A DNA stretch of 64,000 nucleotides from Candidatus Poribacteria bacterium. Lineage in GTDB: Bacteria; Poribacteria; WGA-4E; WGA-3G. The translations under genes were made by a program, and so were the position numbers. Where the stretch lies: contig OZ219753.1 of NCBI GenBank assembly GCA_964291315.2, forward strand, positions 320,001 to 384,000. Direction: 5' to 3'. The notes beneath the pieces were generated by a model that ran no database searches, had not been told where the DNA came from, and was given only the letters and a program-made list of their open reading frames with translations. This document shows, piece by piece, positions 37,533 to 47,219 of this stretch; positions within the stretch are counted from its first letter, which is position 1; the number at the start of each line of letters is the position of its first letter.

Positions 37533-39170
37533 ATGAAAGCATCGGAACTCACCGTTAAATGCCTCGAAAACGAAAATGTTGATTACATCTTCGGAATACC
37601 CGGCGAGGAAAATTTGGATTTGATGGATGCCCTATTGGAATCAAAGATTCAGTTCATTCAGACACGTGATGAACGCGGTGCTGCTTTCATGGCAGATGTC
37701 TATGGTCGTCTTACTGGACGTGCCGGTGTCTGTCTCGCTACTTTAGGGCCCGGTGCCATGAACCTTGTCACGGGCGTCGCTGATGCGAACATGGATAGAG
37801 CCCCGCTTGTCGCTATTACAGGGCAGGCAAGTCTCGACAGGATGCACAAAGAATCACACCAATACATGGATGTTGTGTCTGTCTTCAAGCCGATGACGAA
37901 ATGGAATACCCTCATCCATTTACCTGAAATCATACCTGAATCTATCAGTAAAGCTTTCAAGACAGCAACAGGTGAGAAACCTGGGGCAACACATATTGAT
38001 TTTCCAGAAGACGTGGCGAAAATGGAGATTAACGCCGAGCCTATCCCACATGATTTTCCGAGCGAGACGGAACCGATTATTTCTTGTTTGGAACGTGCTG
38101 CGCAATTGATTAACGAAGCCAAACAGCCTATTATCCTTGCCGGAAATGGGGTTGTTCGACAAGGCGCGTCCCGAATGCTCACCCAATTCGCGGAAATGAC
38201 GAATATCCCAGTTGCTCATACCTTTATGGGTAAAGGGAGCATTTCATGGACACACCGGCTCTCTTTGCTGAGCGTTGGTCTGCAAGCTAACGATTTCGTC
38301 TCTTGCGGGTTTGACCGTGCGGACCTTATTATTGCTATTGGTTACGATGTCGTTGAATATCCTCCACGTCTCTGGAACCCCAATCACGACAAGAAACTGG
38401 TTCATATTGACACGCAATCGAGCGAAAGCGATGCTGCTTATGTTACCGATGTCGAAATGGTAGGTAACATCCGGCAGAGCCTCAGACATTTGATGGCACA
38501 AGAAATTTACCCTAAGGATTCAGAGTATGCTTCAAATACGTTGCGGAAAATCATACTCAATCAACTTGATGAACACCGGGATGACACAGCGTTTCCGATG
38601 AAGCCGCAAAAAATTTTGAGTGATGTCCGTTCTGTGCTCGCTGAAGATGATATCCTCATTTCCGATGTGGGGGCTCACAAAATGTGGGTAGCGCGCATGT
38701 ACCCGTGTTATAAACCGAATACCTGCATCATCTCCAACGGGTTTGCCTCAATGGGCATCGCCGTGCCGGGTGCTATAGCTGCCAAACTCATCTATCCGGA
38801 ACGTAGATGTTTGGCAGTGTGTGGTGATGGCGGATTCTTGATGAATTCTCAGGAGCTCGAAACGGCTGTGCGGACCGGTGTGCCATTTGTCACGCTTATC
38901 TTTAATGATGAAGCCTATGGACTTATTGAATGGAAGCAGATGAATGGCTTTGGCAGACCAGCATATGTTGATTTCACTAACCCTGATTTTGTCAAGTACG
39001 CTGAAGCTTTCGGTGCCAAGGGCTACAGAGTTGAAAGTAGTGACGAGCTGGTTCCTATACTTAATGATGCTTTCAATCAGGAGCTTCCTTCCGTTATTGA
39101 TTGTCCTGTCGATTATACGGAAAACCTACGATTGACTAATGAACTTGGGCAGCTGACATGTCCGATCTAG
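37533..39170 (+). CDS. ThDP-dependent acetolactate-synthase-like enzyme (second paralog; resembles the cyanobacterial 2-oxoglutarate decarboxylase subfamily)
   Basis: FGIPGEENL, FMADVYGRLTG, ESHQY, DVGAHKMW, NTCIISNGFASMG, GDGGFLMNSQELETA, IDCPVDYTEN. Confidence 0.88.
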   Translation: MKASELTVKCLENENVDYIFGIPGEENLDLMDALLESKIQFIQTRDERGAAFMADVYGRLTGRAGVCLATLGPGAMNLVTGVADANMDRAPLVAITGQASLDRMHKESHQYMDVVSVFKPMTKWNTLIHLPEIIPESISKAFKTATGEKPGATHIDFPEDVAKMEINAEPIPHDFPSETEPIISCLERAAQLINEAKQPIILAGNGVVRQGASRMLTQFAEMTNIPVAHTFMGKGSISWTHRLSLLSVGLQANDFVSCGFDRADLIIAIGYDVVEYPPRLWNPNHDKKLVHIDTQSSESDAAYVTDVEMVGNIRQSLRHLMAQEIYPKDSEYASNTLRKIILNQLDEHRDDTAFPMKPQKILSDVRSVLAEDDILISDVGAHKMWVARMYPCYKPNTCIISNGFASMGIAVPGAIAAKLIYPERRCLAVCGDGGFLMNSQELETAVRTGVPFVTLIFNDEAYGLIEWKQMNGFGRPAYVDFTNPDFVKYAEAFGAKGYRVESSDELVPILNDAFNQELPSVIDCPVDYTENLRLTNELGQLTCPI

Positions 39171-39287
39171 TGTTAAGAACGCGCATTGTCCGATTTAGTT
39201 CCACTCGTGCATGGAGAATGCAATTATTTTTGTCTCTTTACGTTCCGATATACTTCGTTTTTTTTGAGGAGGGCATGCTACGAAAAA

Positions 39288-40328
39288 ATGTCAGTTTCAA
39301 CGATTGAATGGGTGGATGGCAGGGTTCGAATGATTGACCAGACGCTGTTGCCCAATGAATTCAAGCAGATTTATTGTGATGACCTTCCGTCTATCTGGGA
39401 ATCCATTAAATCGCTGCGGGTGCGAGGTGCTCCCGCTATCGGCATTGCTGGGGCTTTAGGGGCGGTCCTGGGCATTTGGAATTCCACTGCAAGAACCTAT
39501 GAGACTTTTGCAGCGGAACTCAAATCCGCTACGGATTATCTGGCAACCTCGCGACCGACGGCTGTCAATCTTTTTTGGGCTCTGAATAGAATCACGCGAA
39601 CGGCGGAAGAAAATTGCCATCTCCAGCCCTCTGAACTCAAAGAGGTTTTGCTCGCGGAGGCGTTGAAGATTATCGCAGAGGATAGAGCAATGTGTCGGGC
39701 TATCGGACAGCACGGAATGGCATTGTTAAATGAGAATGATACCGTTCTGACGCACTGCAATGCTGGGGGTTTAGCGACATCTGACTATGGAACTGCGTTG
39801 GCGGTTATGTTCAGCGCACATGAAGCGGGTAAGCAGATACAAGTTTACGCGGACGAGACACGTCCGCTCTTACAAGGTGCGCGTCTCACGACGTGGGAGC
39901 TCATGCAAGCGGGGATTGATGTAACCCTTATTTGTGACAATATGGCTGCGCAAGTCATGAAAGAAGGCAAAATTCAGTGTGTTATTGTTGGTGCGGATCG
40001 AATCGCTGCGAACGGCGATACAGCGAACAAGATCGGCACTTATAATGTTGCTGTTCTGGCAGAGGCACACGGTCTCCCTTTCTATGTCGCCGCCCCGACT
40101 TCAACGTTGGATTTTTCCCTGAAATCCGGAACAGAAATTCCTATTGAGCAACGTTCCGCGGAAGAAGTAACAGAAGGCTTCGGGAAATTAACAGCACCAA
40201 AAGGCGTGAAAGTCTACAGTCCGGCGTTTGATGTTACGCCGGCTGCACTCGTCACGGCGATCGTTACCGAAAAGGGCATAGCCCGTCCGCCTTATACAAC
40301 GAGTCTGCAGGCTCTTCGTGATACATAA
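39288..40328 (+). CDS. mtnA: Methylthioribose-1-phosphate isomerase
   Basis: VRGAPAIG, SRPTAVNL, LTHCNAGGLAT, DETRPLLQGARLTTWEL, GADRIAANGDTANKIGTY. Confidence 0.95.
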   Translation: MSVSTIEWVDGRVRMIDQTLLPNEFKQIYCDDLPSIWESIKSLRVRGAPAIGIAGALGAVLGIWNSTARTYETFAAELKSATDYLATSRPTAVNLFWALNRITRTAEENCHLQPSELKEVLLAEALKIIAEDRAMCRAIGQHGMALLNENDTVLTHCNAGGLATSDYGTALAVMFSAHEAGKQIQVYADETRPLLQGARLTTWELMQAGIDVTLICDNMAAQVMKEGKIQCVIVGADRIAANGDTANKIGTYNVAVLAEAHGLPFYVAAPTSTLDFSLKSGTEIPIEQRSAEEVTEGFGKLTAPKGVKVYSPAFDVTPAALVTAIVTEKGIARPPYTTSLQALRDT

Positions 40329-40333
40329 ACGTT

Positions 40334-41629
40334 TTATGAGGCTTTGGCAGCTGTGGCAATATTAGCCCGGGTGCCTTCGATATCAAAGCAGGCGTACTGA
40401 TTTGTATTCATAATACGGGTTGCAAATGCTATTGCTTTTTTTTCTGTGAGGTACCCCTCGGTGATTTCAGCTTCAAGAGCTCGGCGAATTTCATTTCGTG
40501 CTTGAATCGCATACGCCATTGCACTTGTAGGCCAGCCTGTGTCCCCGCCGAACGCAAACAATTTGTTCGAGGGCACGGCGTGGATACATCGCCGCAGGAA
40601 GTCACGGGAGCTGTATGGATCAATGCTCCAGGCCCAACAGAAGTCTACCCAAATGTTTCGATAATGTTTGGCGAGTGCCACTAGCTCATCGTTATAAGGA
40701 TAGGCGATATGCATCAGGACAAACTTCGCGTCAAGGTACTGCGCGAACAAGGTGCACATGTTTCCTGCGGGGATCCGTTGGACGGGCATTCGATCATTGC
40801 CTGCATAGTAACCTGTGTGGATTTTGAAGGGCAGATTGTGTACAATTGCGAGTTCAACCCCACGTGCCCAGCACCAATCCCCGAGGCAGAGTCGTGTTGC
40901 TTCATCGATTTCTGCAGATGGTTTTGTTAGTATAGTATTAAGCGCGGCGGCAGCCTCGGCATCAGTTCGTTCGATCCAGTTGAGCGTACGGTTATAAGCA
41001 TGCTGGGATTTTACGGCGATTGCGCAACCTGCATGCTTGGCAAAAATTGCTTCCATTGCACGTTTCAGGGAGGCAAGGTCGTTGACCACGATGCCTGTTT
41101 CTCGGTGAATTGCCCTTGGATCTACTTGTCCACTACAAAAGGTTGCCCATGAGAGATCATAGAGAAAAAAATCGGGCCCGGAGGTGTCTGGAGGGCACTG
41201 CCAGCTGAAATCATCTGTTTGAATGTGGTCAAGCTTCGCGATGTCGTGTAGGATGTGATAACGTTTGCCGGGCGTGTGAAGCGTCTTTAGGTTATCTGCC
41301 CGCGCGAGCGCATCGGTTGTTAGTTCATCTAGTCCATAGATATGTTTTGCGATCAGACCAACCGCTTCGCCATACCCGGTAAACTGCGTTGCTTTCCATG
41401 CTTCTTGAATACCTTCGAACCGTGATGCGATATCCTTGGAAGGGTCCATGAGGTTGCGCATTGCTTCTGGCGAGGCTCCAGCTGTTACCAAGTCAGCAGG
41501 CACGTAGTTCCCGAACAGGTCTTGCAGGATATCAGGACCATTCTCGACCCAATCGTTTTCGCGGCGCATGTGTTCGTGTGTATCAACGAGACGGATGGAT
41601 TGAATGTGGTAGGTCAGATCGGTTGCCAT
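40334..41629 (-). CDS. Amidohydrolase family protein
   Basis: DTHEH metal motif, KIHTG, LMHIAYPY, FGGD. Confidence 0.85.
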   Translation of the reverse strand: MATDLTYHIQSIRLVDTHEHMRRENDWVENGPDILQDLFGNYVPADLVTAGASPEAMRNLMDPSKDIASRFEGIQEAWKATQFTGYGEAVGLIAKHIYGLDELTTDALARADNLKTLHTPGKRYHILHDIAKLDHIQTDDFSWQCPPDTSGPDFFLYDLSWATFCSGQVDPRAIHRETGIVVNDLASLKRAMEAIFAKHAGCAIAVKSQHAYNRTLNWIERTDAEAAAALNTILTKPSAEIDEATRLCLGDWCWARGVELAIVHNLPFKIHTGYYAGNDRMPVQRIPAGNMCTLFAQYLDAKFVLMHIAYPYNDELVALAKHYRNIWVDFCWAWSIDPYSSRDFLRRCIHAVPSNKLFAFGGDTGWPTSAMAYAIQARNEIRRALEAEITEGYLTEKKAIAFATRIMNTNQYACFDIEGTRANIATAAKAS

Positions 41630-41787
41630 GTAAGTCTCCTAAGAAATTGGCGGTGAAGATAAAGGTTTTATAGATATTGGTTTTGTATAAGATGTAGCGT
41701 AACTTCTGATGCTACATCTCGGAAACGTATTCATGCACAATAAAACGGATACTGTTAGTATCTATAGTCCTATCTTTGACAAATATA

Positions 41788-41816
41788 TTGAATTATGTTT
41801 TATTATATTATATAAT
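41788..41816 (+). promoter_or_regulatory. Putative promoter of the cold-shock/Hfq-like gene
   Basis: TTGAAT-17 bp-TATAAT; another TTGACA lies at 41776. Confidence 0.6.
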
Positions 41817-41916
41817 GTTATAGTAGTATAGTAGTAGCAAATTTAATTTGTGAGTTCACTTGTTTATTAAGACGTGTAAGCTTACAAAACTTGCAACAAC
41901 AAAACAACGCTGCTTT

Positions 41917-41945
41917 ATCATAAAACAGCAGTTTCATTCTGTCAA
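41917..41945 (-). promoter_or_regulatory. Putative promoter facing the amidohydrolase gene
   Basis: Minus strand reads TTGACA-17 bp-TATGAT. Confidence 0.7.
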
Positions 41946-42068
41946 GAAAAAAGGTAAATTCAGGGTGGTTCATGTGCAAGCCTCCTTAACAAAATTGAAA
42001 TGCTCGCGTAGGAACGTAAATGGGTATCATCAGTTTCCTAAAGAAGGACAAGACCGCAGGAGCATATA

Positions 42069-43025
42069 ATGCCTACAGGACGGATTAAGTATTACAATTT
42101 CGATAAAGGTTTCGGATTTATCGCGCAAGATAGTAGTGACACTGATGTCTTTCTACACAGTTCTGCGATTAAGCAGCCTGAATATGATGAACTCCGTGTC
42201 GGACAGCGGGTGAAATACAACATTGTTGAAGGCGAGAAAGGACTGGTTGCTCAAAATGTTGAGGTATTGTTAACGCCTACTGAGCGTCGATGGTTGAGAC
42301 AAGGGAAAGCCATTATCCCGCGTGGCTATGCGGGTTTCCCTGGGCAGCACCAGGATCAATTTTTCAGGGAGCATCAGACGCCCTCCGTTGAGGGTGAAAC
42401 CTCTAAATCAAAATCGACTCGGAGTCAGCGCGATCGCGATGCGTCCATAACATCTTCAAAGCCGGCTACGGAACCACGTAGCCAACCTGCCTCGACAAGT
42501 GGTTTCGACGATGCTGTAGCGTCAACGCGGAACATCAAGGAACAAACTTCAAAGCAACTCAGCTTCGGGGACCTCTACATCCTCAAGCAGATTAATTTTG
42601 AAACCCCAATGTTTTTCGTAATGTCCAATGATGTCCAACTTCCGGCGACAGTCCTTGAGATGACGCTTTCCCGTTTGACTCTCAACAGCAATGGCATTGA
42701 AAAGCATATCGCTAAAACGGATATTAAATATTGTTATAAAGATGTTGATGCGGAACTGGTTCAGGCGGGTATTCATATCAACAAAGAGGTCAAAGCGCAG
42801 CGGATTCCGCAATTAACCGCCGATGCTGAATCTTGTGATCTTGATACCGAGGTGGTCCAGGATGCCCGAAAAAATAGATCCCTGATTGAGTTGACTCTCC
42901 GAGATGGAGAGGTTTTTCGCGGTATTATAGATTGGGTGAGTCCTTATGAAATTAAGTTGGTTTTGGAAAATGGAGCAAAGGTTGTTGTTTTTCGGCATGC
43001 TGTCTACACTCTTTCCCTGGATTAG
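42069..43025 (+). CDS. Cold-shock domain protein fused to two Hfq/Sm-like domains
   Basis: N-terminal CSD (KGFGFI, DVFLH, KGLVAQNV); disordered linker; C-terminal LTLRDGEVFRGII...YEIKL...VVFRHAV resembles Sm1/Sm2; a more degenerate Sm-like segment precedes it. Confidence 0.8.
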   Translation: MPTGRIKYYNFDKGFGFIAQDSSDTDVFLHSSAIKQPEYDELRVGQRVKYNIVEGEKGLVAQNVEVLLTPTERRWLRQGKAIIPRGYAGFPGQHQDQFFREHQTPSVEGETSKSKSTRSQRDRDASITSSKPATEPRSQPASTSGFDDAVASTRNIKEQTSKQLSFGDLYILKQINFETPMFFVMSNDVQLPATVLEMTLSRLTLNSNGIEKHIAKTDIKYCYKDVDAELVQAGIHINKEVKAQRIPQLTADAESCDLDTEVVQDARKNRSLIELTLRDGEVFRGIIDWVSPYEIKLVLENGAKVVVFRHAVYTLSLD

Positions 43026-43033
43026 GTGCTGTT

Positions 43034-43603
43034 ATGGACCCGTATCACCGACTGGTTAACGAAATTCAGAGCGATTTTCAGCGTTTGCGTGCGGAAGCCG
43101 GAGGGGGTCCGTGTCCGTCTAATTGCTTTTCCTGCTGTCAGAATACAGCGACAATGGCGATTAGTGAGGTAGAGGCGCGCGACTTGAAGGTTGGTTTGGA
43201 ACGTCTTCCTCTCCAGCTTCGCATGCATATCGGTCAGAAAGCTGAACGGACTGTCAGAGAATTGGAGGCAAACGGTTACACCGCCGAAAACATCGTTCCC
43301 GATGCTGGCATGAGAGCGATTAGCGTGGTAAAAGGGACTCCTGAAGGTGAGTGTCCGATGCTAATAGGTGGGGTCTGTGCTGTTTACGAGCGCCGTCCCG
43401 TCATCTGTCGGGTTTGGGGATATCCGATTCATAACGGTGCTGAATTGGCGTGTTGCCATAAAACGTTTATTGGACAGCGCGGCCGATACCAACCCCTGAA
43501 ATACACCCATTATTGGAATGAATGTAAAAGGCTCAGCAGCGAATTAGGTGCCCACAAAAAAACACCCAACTGCTATCTTGTCCTCCGCTTGCTTTCTGAA
43601 TAG
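43034..43603 (+). CDS. YkgJ-family cysteine-cluster (putative Fe-S/Zn) protein
   Basis: CPSNCFSCC ... CPML...CAVYERRPVICR.WG. Confidence 0.85.
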   Translation: MDPYHRLVNEIQSDFQRLRAEAGGGPCPSNCFSCCQNTATMAISEVEARDLKVGLERLPLQLRMHIGQKAERTVRELEANGYTAENIVPDAGMRAISVVKGTPEGECPMLIGGVCAVYERRPVICRVWGYPIHNGAELACCHKTFIGQRGRYQPLKYTHYWNECKRLSSELGAHKKTPNCYLVLRLLSE

Positions 43604-43691
43604 CATCGACTGTATCTCATCATTCTCTTAGTGAAGATGGAGAATGAAATGTACTATTATCCCATACGATCACAAATGAAAGGAGTCAAAA

Positions 43692-45229
43692 ATGCCCAAG
43701 CACATAACCTGCATGTTTGTTTTCATGTTGATGTCTGCATCGCTATATGCAGATTATACAGTCAAAACAATCTATTTCAAGCCAGTCGATGCACCTAAGC
43801 CAGATATCGCTCTAATCCGTTCCACATGGAGCGCGCACAAAGGTTATTCTCCGATGAAATGCAGGATCACGGATACGGGAAAAAGACATTCACGTTAGAA
43901 CGTGATGTTATTGGGAACGTTATTGTACATACTGTGCCTGGGAAACATGCTGCGAATGTCTATGAGAACGATACATCCGGATTAATGAATCAGGAACTGC
44001 CAACGCGCTTCAGCTCACGGATTGCGGGCACAAAACATGTGTTTTGTATTTTTGTAGGCGGGACCGACCGAGTAAGCGGTTCTCTCGGCTTCGGATCTGC
44101 TAATTATGATAGCAGCGATGGTTGCGGCGCTTGCAGTGGGAACGCCGTTGTACCAGCATCAGCTGATATGCGCACTGTCGCGCATGAGCTCGCCCATGCC
44201 TTCGCGCTCTGGCATAATTTGCGAGGCAAGAATGGGGGCGATTACCTCATGTGGAACGGCTATCGACTCGATGAACAGGAAGCCCGATGGCTAAACAGAC
44301 ACCCTTACTTCAATGATAACCCTCGTATGGCCCACAACCCTCCATCTGTTTTGAACGTTTATCCTATTGAAGAATTCACACTGAAAGGGGAAGATTATCT
44401 CTTATTCAAGGCAGATGTGGAAAGCAAGGCTGTACTGCATCAAGGAGTCATGATAAGGAAAACTGACAGTGTAGTCATGGGGTGGGATAAAATCTACGGC
44501 TATAAGGATACCGCTCAATTCCTTGTCAAAGAAACATATCTTCTAGAGGATTATGATGTTTGGATGCTGTTTATGGACATTGATGGCAATATCAAGCTCC
44601 ATCATATAGATCTGAGGGTTCATCCAAGAATAGACACATCCACAAGAGGTGCTGAGGACATTGATGGGAACGGTAACGCAGAGGTGGCATATCTTACAAT
44701 TGAAGCCGATCACCCAAAAGCAATTAAGCCTGTCAATAGAATGCATGAGTGGGACGGATGGGTAGCAGGGGTATGGGAGAAAGATATAGACGGCAGATAC
44801 CCCAACACACCTTTGCCATATGTCCGTTTTGCTGATAGGGATAAATGGGATCACTGGTTTTACAGTCATGCCCCCAGTCGCATCGTCTGGGACATAAGCG
44901 ACGGAGAGTATTCTAAATTTGGCTGTACCTTCCTCTTGGTACATCCATGCGCCGGGTTTGCAGCATCTATGGAAGTGACTTTTATAGCAGATGGCAGAGA
45001 GGTTTATTATTCGGGAGAATTGTATTCGCGTGACGGTACGAAAAAAAGTATTTCTTTCGAAATACCGCTAGGCACACAAAGGCTGGAAATGCGAGTGGGA
45101 GTATTAGATGATGGTGCGAAATGTGATCATTTCGTTCTCGGTGAACCGCGACTGTTTTCTGCAGCCGCAGCTCCACCACATAAGCCGAAGCGAATCACAA
45201 CTATGACTTGGGCAAGCCTAAAAAAGTAG
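43692..45229 (+). CDS. Secreted zinc metallopeptidase-like protein with an NPCBM/NEW2-like domain and a TWASLK tail; single-base frameshift near 43825
   Basis: Signal peptide in 43692..43898, body in 43826..45229 (HELAHAFALWH...M-turn YLMW; HAPSRIVWDI...FIADG...CDH); one added base joins them. Confidence 0.8.
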
Positions 45230-45263
45230 ACTGCGGTCAATTAAGAATTATCTTTACGCTATA

Positions 45264-45291
45264 GAAGTGCGAGGTTGCAAACCTCACCTTC
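45264..45291. repeat. Short hairpin between convergent genes
   Basis: GAGGTT-GCA-AACCTC core with GAAG/CTTC outer pairs. Confidence 0.4.
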
Positions 45292-45443
45292 GCCCCCGTT
45301 GCTCCTCAGGTGTCTACATGTTTCTATCATTTATCGGAAAAACCTCAATCCACATTTTCGGTAGAAACAAGAGGTCTTTAAACTTTTATTATTCAACCCA
45401 ATCTAATGTTTGCTAAATTTGCGTGATTCCCGTGGGGTTTTAG

Positions 45444-45767
45444 CTATTGCGGATTGTCTGCTCCGTTTTCGCTGAGCTCACGCAGGAATTGGAATGTGTA
45501 GATTCCAGTACGATGCCCATCGTTCCAAACCAACCTTACCGCATAACGGCCCACCAGCTGAATGTCCATCAGATGTAAATTTTCTAAAAAGTCATCGGTA
45601 GGTAAAATATGAGAAGTGTTTTTGCCGGAATGCTTTGCATCGCACTGTGCACATGGGCACTTTTGGCGGAGGAGGCGATAAGACAACTCGTTGTTGTGTG
45701 AGTCTTTCCACTGAATCCTTAAACTAGTATTGCCTCTTTCAATGTGGGTAGGTTGGAATTTCTGCAT
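45444..45767 (-). CDS. DUF971 / gamma-butyrobetaine hydroxylase-like N-terminal domain protein
   Basis: W.D.H...LRQKCPCAQC...VGRYAVRLVWNDGHRTGIYTF..L. Confidence 0.9.
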   Translation of the reverse strand: MQKFQPTHIERGNTSLRIQWKDSHNNELSYRLLRQKCPCAQCDAKHSGKNTSHILPTDDFLENLHLMDIQLVGRYAVRLVWNDGHRTGIYTFQFLRELSENGADNPQ

Positions 45768-45882
45768 AATACGTTCCAAAAAGGCAAAAAATACGGTTGC
45801 CGATTTGCGTTGCCTGAAAAGGGCGGGTTTACAGATCGACAACCGTTCGATTTCGCAATTCGAAAGTTGTGTCAACTATCGG

Positions 45883-46140
45883 TTATTCAAAGTATTCAGC
45901 ATTAATCTCTATGAAATGTTCCCATTCCTCTGGAACATCTTCTTCCATGAAGATCGCTTCAACCGGACATTCGGGTTCGCAGACACCACAATCGATGCAC
46001 TCTTCGGGGTCGATGTAAAGCTGATCAACTTCTGGGAACTCGTCTGCATCGGGTAGAGGGTGAATGCAGTCCACTGGACAGACATCAACGCACGCACTAT
46101 CTTTAACCTCAATACATGGCTCACAGATCACATAGGTCAT
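45883..46140 (-). CDS. Ferredoxin (FdxA-like, 7Fe/8Fe type), copy 1
   Basis: CEPC...CVDVCPVDC...LYIDPEECIDCGVCEPECP. Confidence 0.95.
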   Translation of the reverse strand: MTYVICEPCIEVKDSACVDVCPVDCIHPLPDADEFPEVDQLYIDPEECIDCGVCEPECPVEAIFMEEDVPEEWEHFIEINAEYFE

Positions 46141-46362
46141 GCGAGAAAACTCCTTTCCGCTTGGTTTACAATAAAAGCCTCCGCTCTATACAGGTGCACT
46201 TCGTTTGACAGACGATGCTGCTTCGCATTGGGTGGAGGTATAAGAAAAAACATTATCATATATGGTGTTTTTTACAAGTTTCGCCAGTTTTTAGATTGGT
46301 TTTCAATTTTACAAGTTTTGCTAATATCTGTTGTTTACTGATTTACGCTTAAGCTATTATAA

Positions 46363-46391
46363 ATAATACCACATCTAATTTGCTTTGTCAA
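46363..46391 (-). promoter_or_regulatory. Promoter of ferredoxin copy 1
   Basis: Minus strand TTGACA-17 bp-TATTAT. Confidence 0.7.
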
Positions 46392-46556
46392 ATTGTATTT
46401 TAACCTAAACTGCTAATGTGGGTAGGCTGGAATTTCTGCATAATACGTTCCAAAAAGGCAAAAAATACGGTTGCCGATTTGCGTTGCCTGAAAAGGGCGG
46501 GTTTACAGATCGACAACCGTTCGATTTCGCAATTCGAAAGTTGTGTCAACTATCGG

Positions 46557-46814
46557 TTATTCAAAGTATTCAGCATTAATCTCTATGAAATGTTCCCATT
46601 CCTCTGGAACATCTTCTTCCATGAAGATCGCTTCAACCGGACATTCGGGTTCGCAGACACCACAATCGATGCACTCTTCGGGGTCGATGTAAAGCTGATC
46701 AACTTCTGGGAACTCGTCTGCATCGGGTAGAGGGTGAATGCAGTCCACTGGACAGACATCAACGCACGCACTATCTTTAACCTCAATACATGGCTCACAG
46801 ATCACATAGGTCAT
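46557..46814 (-). CDS. Ferredoxin, copy 2 (identical protein)
   Basis: Same translation as 45883..46140. Confidence 0.95.
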   Translation of the reverse strand: MTYVICEPCIEVKDSACVDVCPVDCIHPLPDADEFPEVDQLYIDPEECIDCGVCEPECPVEAIFMEEDVPEEWEHFIEINAEYFE

Positions 46815-47028
46815 GCGAGAAAACTCCTTTCCGCTTGGTTTACAATAAAAGCCTCCGCTCTATACAGGTGCACTTCGTTTGACAGACGATGCTGCTTCGC
46901 ATTGGGTGGAGGTATAAGAAAAAACATTATCATATATGGTGTTTTTTACAAGTTTCGCCAGTTTTTAGATTGGTTTTCAATTTTACAAGTTTTGCTAATA
47001 TCTGTTGTTTACTGATTTGCGATTATAA

Positions 47029-47057
47029 ATAATACCACATCTAATTTACTTTGTCAA
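47029..47057 (-). promoter_or_regulatory. Promoter of ferredoxin copy 2
   Basis: Minus strand TTGACA-17 bp-TATTAT. Confidence 0.7.
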
Positions 47058-47219
47058 ATTGTATTTTAACCTAAACTGCTATTGAATAATTTCCATCGGA
47101 AGAACTTGACAAATCCAGGTTTTTTGTGATAATATGTCAAGGTCAGAAAAGTGTTTTTTGCAACCTCTCTAAATTGTCGGAAAGTACAGATTTCTTATCT
47201 CAATAACAGATGGAGTGTT

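Larger units (their letters stand above)
45741..47080. repeat. Tandem direct duplication (674 bp + 666 bp) containing the ferredoxin gene and its promoter
   Basis: 45741-46414 vs 46415-47080 are near identical; they differ by point changes and an 8-bp-shorter segment outside the ferredoxin CDS. Confidence 0.95.
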
